Shown here: one piece after another, positions 9,095-17,285 of the stretch | How the letters are laid out: each line of letters starts with the position of its first letter | Numbering within the stretch: the first letter of the stretch is position 1 | Source of the DNA: Chthonomonadales bacterium | Lineage (GTDB): Bacteria; Armatimonadota; Chthonomonadetes; Chthonomonadales; Chthonomonadaceae | NCBI GenBank assembly: GCA_038217285.1 | Contig: JBBQPO010000054.1 | Location: 1-26,226, forward strand | DNA length: 26,226 bases | Direction of reading: 5' to 3' | Notes under the pieces: model-generated | Database searches by the model: none | The model's input: only the letters and a program-made list of their open reading frames with translations | Told to the model about the DNA's origin: nothing | Translations under genes and position numbers: made by a program

Positions 9095-9838
9095 ATGATT
9101 CTCTTTCCTGCCATCGATATTCAAGGCGGCAAGTGTGTACGACTGCTTCAGGGCCAGTTCGATCAGTCCACGACCTATGCCGATGATCCGGTGTTGGTTG
9201 CGGAGCGCTGGAAGGCGGAAGGAGCACAGTGGCTCCATATCGTTGACCTGGATGGAGCGCGGACCGGTGTTCCGAGCTCCCGTAATCTGGGGCTGGTACG
9301 CCGTATCGCCGCCGAAGTCAGCCTGCCGATACAGTTCGGCGGCGGCGTTCGCAACGCCGAGGCCGCCGAGCGTATGTTCGATATGGGCGTCGAGCGTGTC
9401 GTTGTCGGCACAACGGCGGCACGCAGTCCGGAACTGATTTCCGCGATGTTCTCCACTTACGGCGCGAAAATTGCGGTCGGCGTCGATGCTCGGGATGGTT
9501 TCGTGGCGGTACACGGCTGGCAGGAGAGCAGCGGCGAGCAGGCCACGACTTTCGTGACGCGCATGGCGGAACTGGGAGCGCAGCGCTTCATCTACACGGA
9601 CATCGCGCGTGACGGAATGCTCAAAGGCGTGAACGTGGTATCGCTGGCCCAGGTCGCGGTCGCGGTGCCCGGTGTCCACGTCATCGCTTCGGGCGGTGTC
9701 ACGACACTGCGCGACCTGGATGCGCTGGAAGAGTTGTGTCGCCTCTCTGCGCCCAACCTTGAAGGAGTCATCATCGGAAAGGCGATCTACGCCGGCACCG
9801 TCTTGCTCCCGGAGGCCCTGCTACGCTTCACTACCTGA
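9095..9838 (+). CDS. hisA: ProFAR isomerase
   Basis: PAIDIQGGKCVRLLQG, LHIVDLDGA, QFGGGVR, YTDIARDGML, IASGGV, GVIIGKAIY. Confidence 0.95.
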   Translation: MILFPAIDIQGGKCVRLLQGQFDQSTTYADDPVLVAERWKAEGAQWLHIVDLDGARTGVPSSRNLGLVRRIAAEVSLPIQFGGGVRNAEAAERMFDMGVERVVVGTTAARSPELISAMFSTYGAKIAVGVDARDGFVAVHGWQESSGEQATTFVTRMAELGAQRFIYTDIARDGMLKGVNVVSLAQVAVAVPGVHVIASGGVTTLRDLDALEELCRLSAPNLEGVIIGKAIYAGTVLLPEALLRFTT

Positions 9839-9857
9839 ATACGGAAAGACGGGGAGA

Positions 9858-10172
9858 ATGGATATGGGAGACGTTGTTGGGCTCGTCGCGGTCTTATGCT
9901 TTTTCGGCATCCCACTCTCTGCGATCTGGGGCCACAATCGCCGCAGGATGATGGAACTGAAGATGCGGATGAGTCAGGGAGACGATGCTTCCTTGCGGGC
10001 CGCCGTGGAGGCCTTGCGGGCGGAGGTGCGCACCCTGCGCGACACCACGATGCAGTACGACATCAGCTTCGATTCTGCCTTGCAGCGGGTCGAGTCACGG
10101 GTCACGCAGATGGAGCGACGAATCGTCTCGACCGAACCGGAACAGGTCGCGGAGTTAAGTCGCCTGCGCTAA
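9858..10172 (+). CDS. Small membrane-anchored coiled-coil protein, paralog 1 (PspB-like architecture)
   Basis: Start at ATG 9858 or 9864 after GGGGAG (9851-9856), not the track's 9672. N-terminal TM segment GLVAVLCFFGIPLSAIWGH, then a heptad-rich region with LRDTTMQYDISFDSAL. Confidence 0.7.
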   Translation: MDMGDVVGLVAVLCFFGIPLSAIWGHNRRRMMELKMRMSQGDDASLRAAVEALRAEVRTLRDTTMQYDISFDSALQRVESRVTQMERRIVSTEPEQVAELSRLR

Positions 10173-10197
10173 ATGCATCGGATGGGAGGAGAGTAAC

Positions 10198-10536
10198 TTG
10201 GGTCCATTCTGGCAGATAATGCTTTTGTTGCTGGCCGGTATTCCGAGCGTGACCCTGTTCGCCCTCCTGCCCATGTCGCTGGTCTACAGCTACCACAAAC
10301 GTAAGATGGAACAGCTACGGCTCCAGCGTGATAACCTGCTCTCCCAGCATATCGCCAACGAGTTCGCCGCCGTGCGCGACGAAATCAAAGCGCTGCGCGA
10401 CACCTCCATGCAGTACGATCTGAGCTTTGACACGGCCCTGCACCAGATTGATCGGCGCATCGCTGGTCTGGAGCGCGAAGCCTATCACTCACCCACCAGT
10501 CCCCCCGCCCAAAACGTCACCCTCGGAGGACGCTGA
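10198..10536 (+). CDS. Small membrane-anchored coiled-coil protein, paralog 2 (PspB-like architecture)
   Basis: TTG start after GGGAGGA. Hydrophobic N-terminus and LRDTSMQYDLSFDTAL, nearly identical to the motif in the preceding gene. Confidence 0.7.
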   Translation: MGPFWQIMLLLLAGIPSVTLFALLPMSLVYSYHKRKMEQLRLQRDNLLSQHIANEFAAVRDEIKALRDTSMQYDLSFDTALHQIDRRIAGLEREAYHSPTSPPAQNVTLGGR

Positions 10537-10564
10537 TGCCGTTCGGTCTCCCAATCTTGCCGGC

Positions 10565-10599
10565 TCAGCGCCTTCAGCGCTGATTCCCTCTTTTTGTTT
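10565..10599 (+). terminator. Probable intrinsic terminator
   Basis: Hairpin TCAGCGC-CTTCA-GCGCTGA (10565-10583) followed by pyrimidine/T-rich TTCCCTCTTTTTGTTT. Confidence 0.5.
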
Positions 10600-10619
10600 G
10601 CCCGCGAGGCCTACCGCTC

Positions 10620-12509
10620 ATGCATCTTGTCAGTCCGCTCAGTCTGCTCTTTCTGCCTCTCATCGGCGGCCTCATCGTCGTCATGTACATCTTGAAACTC
10701 CGCCGCAAGGACGTCGTGGTCTCCTCGACGTTTCTCTGGAGACAGGTGATTCGCGATGTGCAGGCCAACGCGCCTTTTCAGAAACTGCGCCGCAATCTTC
10801 TGCTCTTGCTCCAGCTCATTGCCGCCGCGCTGATCATCTTCGCGTTTGCCCGGCCCTTCTTCTACGCGAACGATTTCGGGGGCCGCAACTTCGTCGTGAT
10901 CGTCGACACTTCGGCATCCATGGGCGCGACCGATGTCAGTCCGACGCGCCTTGAGGCGGCGAAGCGTCAGGCGCACGACCTGGTCAATGCCATGAAGCCG
11001 GGCGATATGATGCTCATGCTCTCCGCCTCTTCGCGACCGGACGCTGTGACCGGATTCACGGAAGACCGCTCGGAGCTGCACCGGGCGGTCAATAGTCTGC
11101 AGGTCCACCAGACGCCGACGAATATGCGCGAAGCGCTCAATCTGGCGGCCGATCTGGTCGCCTCTCGTAACGGCGGGGACAGCGGGCGTATCGAGCTGAT
11201 CTCCGATGGCGGTATCGAGGCGCAGATGAGCGGGACAGGCAGCGACATTCAGTACACGCTCGCCAACCTCAATCTCGGCAAAACGCATGTCGGTTTTCAC
11301 CCTGTGGGAACGGATCACGATAACGTCGGCATCACCGCCGTCGATTTTCGCCGCAACATCGGCACCGAGAAGCCGACCGTTGAGCTGCTGGTCGTGACAC
11401 ACAACTATGCCTCTCAGCCGCACACCTTCAACGAGGAGATCTACGCGGGCGAAAGTCTGGTCGAGGCCCATGAGGTGACGCTGCCCGCCAATGGCGAAGA
11501 CACGCAGCCCTATGAGCTTCCGGAGCCGGCCTCTGCGGTGCGCATGCGTGTCAAACTGGATATCAAAGATCAACTCGCCGCCGACAACGAGGCTGCCCTC
11601 ATTCTCAAGCCCCGGAAAACGCTGAAAGTCCTGCTGGTCGGGCAGGAGAATCTGTTTCTGGAGAACGCGCTCAAGGTCGACTCCGGCGTGGAGTTGAGCA
11701 AGGCCGCCGCCTTCTCTACCGGCGTCGGCTATGATGTCGTCGTTTTCAACGAATCGGCGCCCGCCAAACTGCCGGAAGGCAACTATCTATTTCTGCACTG
11801 CAGCAGCGATCAAGCTCCCGTCAAGGTCGATGGTTCGGTACAGAACGTTGCGCCGGCAGACTGGGATCACGATCATCCGGTCCTGCGCTATGTGGACTTC
11901 GGAGCGGATCGTTTCGGCACGGCGCTGAAGGCGACACCGCGCGGATGGGCGCGCGAGGTCGCGGTCGCGGAGTCGGGATCCCTGATCGCCGCCGGGGAGA
12001 AGGGCCGCATGCGGGCCGAGTTCGTCGGTTTCGCTCTCAACGAATCGATGTTTCCCCTCCGCGTCGCCTTCCCCATCTTTATCTCCAACAGTGTGCGCTG
12101 GCTTGGGACGGGTCTGGACGACAGCGAACAGGGTCAGGTCCATACGGGAGACGCGTTCAAAATCCCGGTGCCCCCCGGTCTCAAAGTCACCATCACGAAA
12201 CCGGACGACAGCAAACAGGAGATCACCGCCGATGAGCAGGGCCATGCCACCTTCGCTGGGACCGACCAGGCGGGCCTCTACACGGTAACAGGCAAAGATT
12301 TCTCGTACGACTTTGCCGCCAACCTTGCCAGCGCCTCGGAGTCCGATATCACACCGCACCGTTCCCTGACGATCGCCGACAACCCGCAGGCCACCGCAGG
12401 CCGCAAAGTGCGGGATATTCACCAACTGCTGCCGCTGTTGGCCCTCCTGGCGCTGATCGTTCTCAGTATCGAATGGTGGGCGTTTCATCGGCGCGTCCAC
12501 CTCAGTTGA
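10620..12509 (+). CDS. BatA-domain / von Willebrand factor A (vWA) membrane protein
   Basis: 629 aa. BatA-type N-terminus (LLFLPLI..MYILKLRRK..VSSTFLW..LLLLQL..FARP), MIDAS motif VIVDTSASM with downstream T and ISDG, Ig-like middle region, C-terminal TM ending IEWWAFHRR. Confidence 0.85.
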   Translation: MHLVSPLSLLFLPLIGGLIVVMYILKLRRKDVVVSSTFLWRQVIRDVQANAPFQKLRRNLLLLLQLIAAALIIFAFARPFFYANDFGGRNFVVIVDTSASMGATDVSPTRLEAAKRQAHDLVNAMKPGDMMLMLSASSRPDAVTGFTEDRSELHRAVNSLQVHQTPTNMREALNLAADLVASRNGGDSGRIELISDGGIEAQMSGTGSDIQYTLANLNLGKTHVGFHPVGTDHDNVGITAVDFRRNIGTEKPTVELLVVTHNYASQPHTFNEEIYAGESLVEAHEVTLPANGEDTQPYELPEPASAVRMRVKLDIKDQLAADNEAALILKPRKTLKVLLVGQENLFLENALKVDSGVELSKAAAFSTGVGYDVVVFNESAPAKLPEGNYLFLHCSSDQAPVKVDGSVQNVAPADWDHDHPVLRYVDFGADRFGTALKATPRGWAREVAVAESGSLIAAGEKGRMRAEFVGFALNESMFPLRVAFPIFISNSVRWLGTGLDDSEQGQVHTGDAFKIPVPPGLKVTITKPDDSKQEITADEQGHATFAGTDQAGLYTVTGKDFSYDFAANLASASESDITPHRSLTIADNPQATAGRKVRDIHQLLPLLALLALIVLSIEWWAFHRRVHLS

Positions 12510-12603
12510 GATCAAACGCCAGTAGACCTTCAGGAACTGCCATTCGAGGTTGGTCGTAGTATCTCTGTTCACTTATGATCATGGGGAGGTATGAAAACTT
12601 TAT

Positions 12604-13083
12604 ATGGCGATGCGAACAGGAACGCCGTTACCGGAACTGTCTGGGGCAACGGAATGGATTAATGGGGAGGTAGAGCGCGGCGATTTGATTGGGAGTCCGA
12701 CACTGGTTCATATCTGGGCCGTCAGTTGTCCCATTTGCCACGATAACATGCCGAAGGTGACCGAATGGCGCGAGCAGTATCGGGTGAATGGACTCCAGGT
12801 CGTTGCCATTCACATGCCCCGGCAGGAAGAGGATACCAATCTGGAGGCGGTTCGCGCGGATGCGGCCCGCCTGGGGATACTGGAACCGTGTGCTATCGAC
12901 AGCAGCCACACGATCGGCGAACGGTTCGAAAACACGCTCTGGCCAGCCTACTTCGTGTTTGACACGGAGGGAAATCTCCGAGGGCGCGCGGCCGGTTATG
13001 CCGGCCTGAAGATGATCGAAGTACCGCTCAAGCGGGTTTTAGGCATCGACAACGAACCGGCGCCAGGCCGCGCCCCAGCGTAG
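12604..13083 (+). CDS. TlpA/DipZ-like thioredoxin-fold redoxin
   Basis: PELSGATEWING, HIWAVSCPIC (CxxC), VAIHMP, cis-Pro motif WPAYFVFD. No signal peptide. Confidence 0.85.
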   Translation: MAMRTGTPLPELSGATEWINGEVERGDLIGSPTLVHIWAVSCPICHDNMPKVTEWREQYRVNGLQVVAIHMPRQEEDTNLEAVRADAARLGILEPCAIDSSHTIGERFENTLWPAYFVFDTEGNLRGRAAGYAGLKMIEVPLKRVLGIDNEPAPGRAPA

Positions 13084-13151
13084 ACCGATTTGCGCGTCAC
13101 GGAATCGACCCCCTTCGGTCCGGTGCAAATCGAGGTGTGATCCCGCTCCTA

Positions 13152-13203
13152 AACCAAGCAAGCAGGCCGGACTTCCAATGAGGTCCGGCCTGCTTGCTTG
13201 GTT
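13152..13203. repeat. Perfect 21-bp inverted repeat (long hairpin; terminator or REP-like)
   Basis: AACCAAGCAAGCAGGCCGGAC (13152-13172) and its exact reverse complement (13183-13203), separated by 10 nt. Confidence 0.8.
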
Positions 13204-13502
13204 CCATATACCGCGAAACTCCAGCAGGATAGGTATCTGATTCTCGAAATTTTTCATGAAGGCGACTCTTCGTATAGTCACTACTTTTGTACGATGTAGT
13301 CGCGTGCTTATTTTTTCAGCCAACGCAGAGCGATCTTGTTTTGCCCGATTATATTGCATCGGACGCATTGCAAATTCTTACATACTCTTAGACGACCCTT
13401 GGGGAACAAGGTTTCAAAATAATTTCCCGTGTGCGCAGGAGCCGAACGCACGTTTCGCGAAAACACCCACTACCGCGCGTTTCGGAAAGGAAACCTTCGT
13501 TC

Positions 13503-14624
13503 ATGCACGTCACTGCCGACAATCTGGCGCTTCTCAGCACCGACTATGCCGACTATCTGGAAGGCGATATCGTCAACGCCTTCTTCACAACTTATGGAAT
13601 TAACTTTTCAGCGGGCCACTGGTGCGCCGGCGGATTCAGCGATCGCTTCTGCCGGACGTACCAGGAGGAGCCGATCGACGAGTCTGCCGTCGGGCAGCTC
13701 GAGCGCGTTGCACAGGCCGGGATCGGCGGCGTGGAGCTGAACAACGAGATGTTCCTCGATGCGCATGACCGCATTGACGAGAACAAGATCCGGGAAGTTC
13801 AGGAGGCTCTGCGCCGATTTCACCTGACGCCGACCAATATGAACACCAACATCTGGACACGGGCCTACTACCGCATGGGCGGCATCACCAATCCCGATGC
13901 GGGTCGGCGGCGACAGGGCATCGACTACTGCCTGCAAACGGTCGAACTGGCGAAGAGGCTCGACTGCCCGAGCGTTCAGCTTTGGCCCGGCTCCGATGGA
14001 TGGGACTACCATTTCGAGGTCAACTATGGCAAGCAGCTCGACTGGTTCCTCGACGGCTGCGTCGAGATCGCCCGGAAGTCACACAGCCTCGGCCTCAAGT
14101 TCGGAACCGAAGCCAAGCAGAAAGAGCCGCGCGAAGGCAACATGATCCTCAACACCACCGCCAAAGCCGCGCTGGTCGCAAAGACCGTCAACGAAGCGGT
14201 CGGCGAGACAGTCATGGGCGTGGTCATCGACTACGGGCATGAGCAGATGGTCGGCAATCAGCCCGCCGACAGCCTCTATCTGCTGAAGCGCATGGGCGTT
14301 CCCATCGCCAACTTCCACATCAACGCCGCCAAATACAACTCCAATGACGAGGACCGTGTGACCGGCACCGACGACATCTGGCGTCTGGCCGAATTCTGCT
14401 ACGCCGCCATCGATACCGACTATCAGGGCTGGTTCGGTGAAGACCAGTTTACGTATCGTATGGAGCCGGTCAAGGCCATGATGCTCTCCAAAGAGCTGTT
14501 TGCCAATGCGATGAAAAAGGCGCTGCGTATCTATGCCGTACAGGACAAACTGACGGTCGCCCAGCAGACCGGCGATGCGGGTAACGTCATCGATGTCGTG
14601 AAAAGGATACTCACCGGGAACTGA
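13503..14624 (+). CDS. Xylose isomerase / L-rhamnose isomerase-like TIM-barrel sugar isomerase
   Basis: GGITNPD, LWPGSDGWDY, EAKQKEPR, IDYGHE, FHIN, NDED, GWFGEDQF metal/substrate motifs. ATG 13503 follows GGAAAGGA; the track's 13431 start is less likely. Confidence 0.8.
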   Translation: MHVTADNLALLSTDYADYLEGDIVNAFFTTYGINFSAGHWCAGGFSDRFCRTYQEEPIDESAVGQLERVAQAGIGGVELNNEMFLDAHDRIDENKIREVQEALRRFHLTPTNMNTNIWTRAYYRMGGITNPDAGRRRQGIDYCLQTVELAKRLDCPSVQLWPGSDGWDYHFEVNYGKQLDWFLDGCVEIARKSHSLGLKFGTEAKQKEPREGNMILNTTAKAALVAKTVNEAVGETVMGVVIDYGHEQMVGNQPADSLYLLKRMGVPIANFHINAAKYNSNDEDRVTGTDDIWRLAEFCYAAIDTDYQGWFGEDQFTYRMEPVKAMMLSKELFANAMKKALRIYAVQDKLTVAQQTGDAGNVIDVVKRILTGN

Positions 14625-14639
14625 CTCCTGACGAACGCG

Positions 14640-14689
14640 AACGCGGGGCCAATGTGACAGATCGTCTGTCGCGATTGGCCCCGCGTTTT
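14640..14689. terminator. Long hairpin between convergent genes, probable terminator (possibly bidirectional)
   Basis: AACGCGGGGCCAAT (14640-14653) pairs perfectly with ATTGGCCCCGCGTT (14674-14687). Inner stem GTGACAGA/TCTGTCGC. The right arm runs into TTTT. Confidence 0.7.
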
Positions 14690-14732
14690 ACGTCTCGCGG
14701 TTATCGGCATAGAATGGCCGCTCGAATGTCGC

Positions 14733-15215
14733 TTACTCGCCTCTCTCCGGCTCGCTGCACGGCACGGCTGCCTCACCATCGATACGCTGCAGAAACGCTT
14801 CCAGCAGCTCCGTATCGCGACGAAGGCCCTCCTTCCACAGTTCGCGCGCGCGCCCCGGCGGCAGCTTTGCCAGCGCCCTGCCGAATCGATCTAGCCACTC
14901 CCGGTCGTCGGGCTCCACCGGTGTCGGTGCCGTCTCCTCAATCATCTCGCGAGGCTCGGCAGTCCGTCGATCGCCTGCTTCCGGCACGAATCCTGCCATG
15001 AGCAGCAGCCATTCGACCTCTTCGCCCAGCCCCAGGGCAAATCGCCGCACCGTCTCCGCAGTACGGGCATTGCCCTTGGCGAGCTCGCCGATCGTGGCCG
15101 GGGAGAGCCCCGTCCGCCGTTCGGCCTGACGGTAAGAGAGCCTGCGCCCCGCAGCGCCATGCCGCTGCAGTATCTCGTTGACCGCCTTTTCCAAACCCGG
15201 ACGCGCCTGTCCCAT
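14733..15215 (-). CDS. XRE/Cro-C1 family helix-turn-helix transcriptional regulator
   Basis: LSYRQAERRTGLSPATIGELAKG..ETVRRFALGLG..WLLLMAGF is an XRE-type HTH pattern. ATG at 15215 has a strong SD GGAGGAGG (minus strand, 15221-15228), preferred over the track's 15281. Confidence 0.75.
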   Translation of the reverse strand: MGQARPGLEKAVNEILQRHGAAGRRLSYRQAERRTGLSPATIGELAKGNARTAETVRRFALGLGEEVEWLLLMAGFVPEAGDRRTAEPREMIEETAPTPVEPDDREWLDRFGRALAKLPPGRARELWKEGLRRDTELLEAFLQRIDGEAAVPCSEPERGE

Positions 15216-15281
15216 AGTTGCCTCCTCCCGACCCACAGCCTTACCGAACCGACGGATAGACGTCGGCAGTCTTGAACGCAT

Positions 15282-15309
15282 AGTATCACACTATTTCTCA
15301 CACCGGCAA
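15282..15309 (-). promoter_or_regulatory. Candidate promoter for the XRE gene
   Basis: Minus strand TTGCCG (15309-15304), 16 nt, then TGn-extended GATACT (15287-15282). Overlapped by the inverted repeat ATAGT-N5-ACTAT (15280-15294). Confidence 0.45.
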
Positions 15310-15326
15310 GGGGTTGTCCTGCAGAT

Positions 15327-15361
15327 CTCCGTGCACGGAGCCATGCGAGGTAAGGTATAAT
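15327..15361 (+). promoter_or_regulatory. Perfect 14-bp palindrome (candidate operator) upstream of a consensus -10 box
   Basis: CTCCGTGCACGGAG (15327-15340) is self-complementary and covers the -35 position relative to TATAAT at 15356-15361. Confidence 0.55.
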
Positions 15362-15488
15362 GAGGAACCAGGCGTAAACGACGCCGCAACCCAAAATCGT
15401 GCTCGGTTCCGTCACGATGCAACCCGCCGAGCGTTCAAGAGTGGAAATGATCCTTTGGACCCGTTTACGTTACGGAGGAGGCTTTCCG

Positions 15489-16406
15489 ATGCAGACTGAA
15501 TGGTTGATTCTGAGACAATCTCGAATGCGCGCAGCGTTCGGGCTTGCGAACGCCGCGCTGTTTATGCTGCTGTCCGGCACCGCGCAGCCGCAGTTTACGC
15601 GCTCACGTCCGCATCCGTCTGCACCGTCAAACACCAGCGGACACTCAGAGACACATTCATCCGATTCAGAGCAAGGCGCGACCGGCATTCATGGCCACCG
15701 CGCGACCGGAACCGATAGCACAAAAACCGACACCACAAGCCTTGATCGATATAAAAAGTCGCAAGAGGCGAGTACTGTGTCCAATACATCCAATGGTGCG
15801 TCCGGCAACGCTTCTTCCTTCATCGTCTGGCCTTACGACTATCTCTCTCCCTTTTACGGCTATGGGCCAGGGGCGGTCCTCTGGTGGCCGCGCGAGGTCT
15901 ATAGCGGCACACCGGATTCGGTCGTCTACCTCCCCGGCTCCGTTCCCCCCGTCATTCTGGGCTGGTCTAACTACGACACAAACGGTACTTTAATGCGTGA
16001 TGATACAGGTCGCCGTTACCGTATTGGAGAGAAGACGAAACAGCGCCGTCCGGTGGACATTCAGCCTGCTCTGGACGATATACAGCGCGCGTTTCAGGAA
16101 GAGCAGATGTCTCTGCTCGCTTCACACGTCCTGCGTCAGGAGCGCGTAATAGTGAGCTTGGCGGGCGAGACATCTCACTTGATCGACGGTAACGCCTTTC
16201 TGCAGCGACTGGCGACTGTAGTTTCCGCTCACCACACGATAAAGATGGAGTTCGACCCGCCTGAAATGTTGGATCGCAACCTCTTTGCGGTGACGGCGTG
16301 GTATTCCTATCGGGATCTGGCGGCGATGCCATACCGCGTGAAGATACGTTTCGTTCTGCAGGCGCAGGACACGCGATTGATCTTGACAATGTTCGAGATG
16401 GACTAG
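15489..16406 (+). CDS. Secreted hypothetical protein (Ser/Thr-rich linker, aromatic/Pro-rich segment, possible C-terminal NTF2-like domain)
   Basis: ATG 15489 after SD GGAGGAGG. Signal-peptide-like AAFGLANAALFMLLSGTAQP. The C-terminal fold call is a pattern-based inference only. Confidence 0.6.
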   Translation: MQTEWLILRQSRMRAAFGLANAALFMLLSGTAQPQFTRSRPHPSAPSNTSGHSETHSSDSEQGATGIHGHRATGTDSTKTDTTSLDRYKKSQEASTVSNTSNGASGNASSFIVWPYDYLSPFYGYGPGAVLWWPREVYSGTPDSVVYLPGSVPPVILGWSNYDTNGTLMRDDTGRRYRIGEKTKQRRPVDIQPALDDIQRAFQEEQMSLLASHVLRQERVIVSLAGETSHLIDGNAFLQRLATVVSAHHTIKMEFDPPEMLDRNLFAVTAWYSYRDLAAMPYRVKIRFVLQAQDTRLILTMFEMD

Positions 16407-16499
16407 CGGCGGAACTGTCGTGTCGCTCTGGTCGCGTATGCTACTGAACACGAGTTGCCCTCTCTAGGCAAGACAGCAGAATGAAGGAGAATCGAATCG

Positions 16500-17192
16500 A
16501 TGCGTCCAGCTCTCGCCATATTTGGCCTTATCGTAGCAGGTGTCGTATTGGCGGCCTTTGTTTCACTTCGAACGAACCATCCCGACCCCTTGCCGAGCGA
16601 AGTACCAGCCAAAGAGGCCACCAACACCGACAATGCCAATCCTGACGCAAAACCGACTGCGAAAGCCGGAGCGGACTCGGAAGCCCCGTTCGACAAAGTC
16701 CAGGCAGGCAAGCTGCGCGCGAGCCTGGAAATCGAAGGTCGCGGAACGATCGAGATGGAGTTCTACCCGAAAGCGGCTCCCAAAACCGTGGCGCATATCG
16801 CAGAACTCGCTGGCAAGAACTTCTGGGACAAGATCAAGGTGCATCGCGTGGATACAAAGGAGCAGGTCGTTCAGATGGGCGATCCGACTTCGAAAGATTC
16901 TGATCCGCAGGATTTCGAGGCGAAGGGCATCGGTTCCCATGGGTCCGGGACGACGGTTCCACTGGAAGTCTCGGCAAAACTGCCAAATCTTAAGTATACG
17001 GTGGGGTTGGCGCGAACGCAGGATCCCAACAGCGGAGACAGTCAGATCTACATAAACACGGGAGACAATCCCGGATTCGATTTCGACTACTGTGTGTTCG
17101 GGCGTGTCGTCAAAGGCACCGATATCGTGAGCAAAATCGCGGTCGGCGATGTCATCAAGCATATACAAGTCTACGAAGCCGGTCAGAAGTAA
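16500..17192 (+). CDS. Cyclophilin-type peptidyl-prolyl cis-trans isomerase, N-terminally membrane anchored
   Basis: GTIEMEFYPKAAPKTV, VHRV..VVQMGDP, VGLART..SGDSQIYI, YCVFGRVVKG. Hydrophobic N-terminus; SD AAGGAG. Confidence 0.9.
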   Translation: MRPALAIFGLIVAGVVLAAFVSLRTNHPDPLPSEVPAKEATNTDNANPDAKPTAKAGADSEAPFDKVQAGKLRASLEIEGRGTIEMEFYPKAAPKTVAHIAELAGKNFWDKIKVHRVDTKEQVVQMGDPTSKDSDPQDFEAKGIGSHGSGTTVPLEVSAKLPNLKYTVGLARTQDPNSGDSQIYINTGDNPGFDFDYCVFGRVVKGTDIVSKIAVGDVIKHIQVYEAGQK

Positions 17193-17210
17193 GGATTGGC
17201 CGCCTTCCCT

Positions 17211-17235
17211 GCCGGACAGACGCCTGTCCGGCTTT
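17211..17235 (+). terminator. GC-rich hairpin between the two cyclophilin genes (weak terminator or stabiliser)
   Basis: GCCGGACAG-ACGC-CTGTCCGGC, a perfect 9-bp stem followed by only TTT. Confidence 0.45.
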
Positions 17236-17285
17236 GTGGCGTCTGCCTCCACCGGCGCCTCCCTGAAATGGAAAAGGAGTCTTTC

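Noticed and set aside
7590-9227. Long antisense ORFs (545 aa here; also 1080-2246, 4932-5879, 10611-11573, 16563-17561, 17604-18908, 22825-23874, 25422-26156)
   Set aside because: They lie opposite well-supported genes and have no recognisable motifs. Such shadow ORFs are expected in high-GC coding DNA.
12591-12662. Short out-of-frame ORF (MKTLYGDANR...) overlapping the redoxin start, directly after GGAGGT
   Set aside because: There is no spacing between the SD and this ATG and no other support. The SD more plausibly serves ATG 12604.
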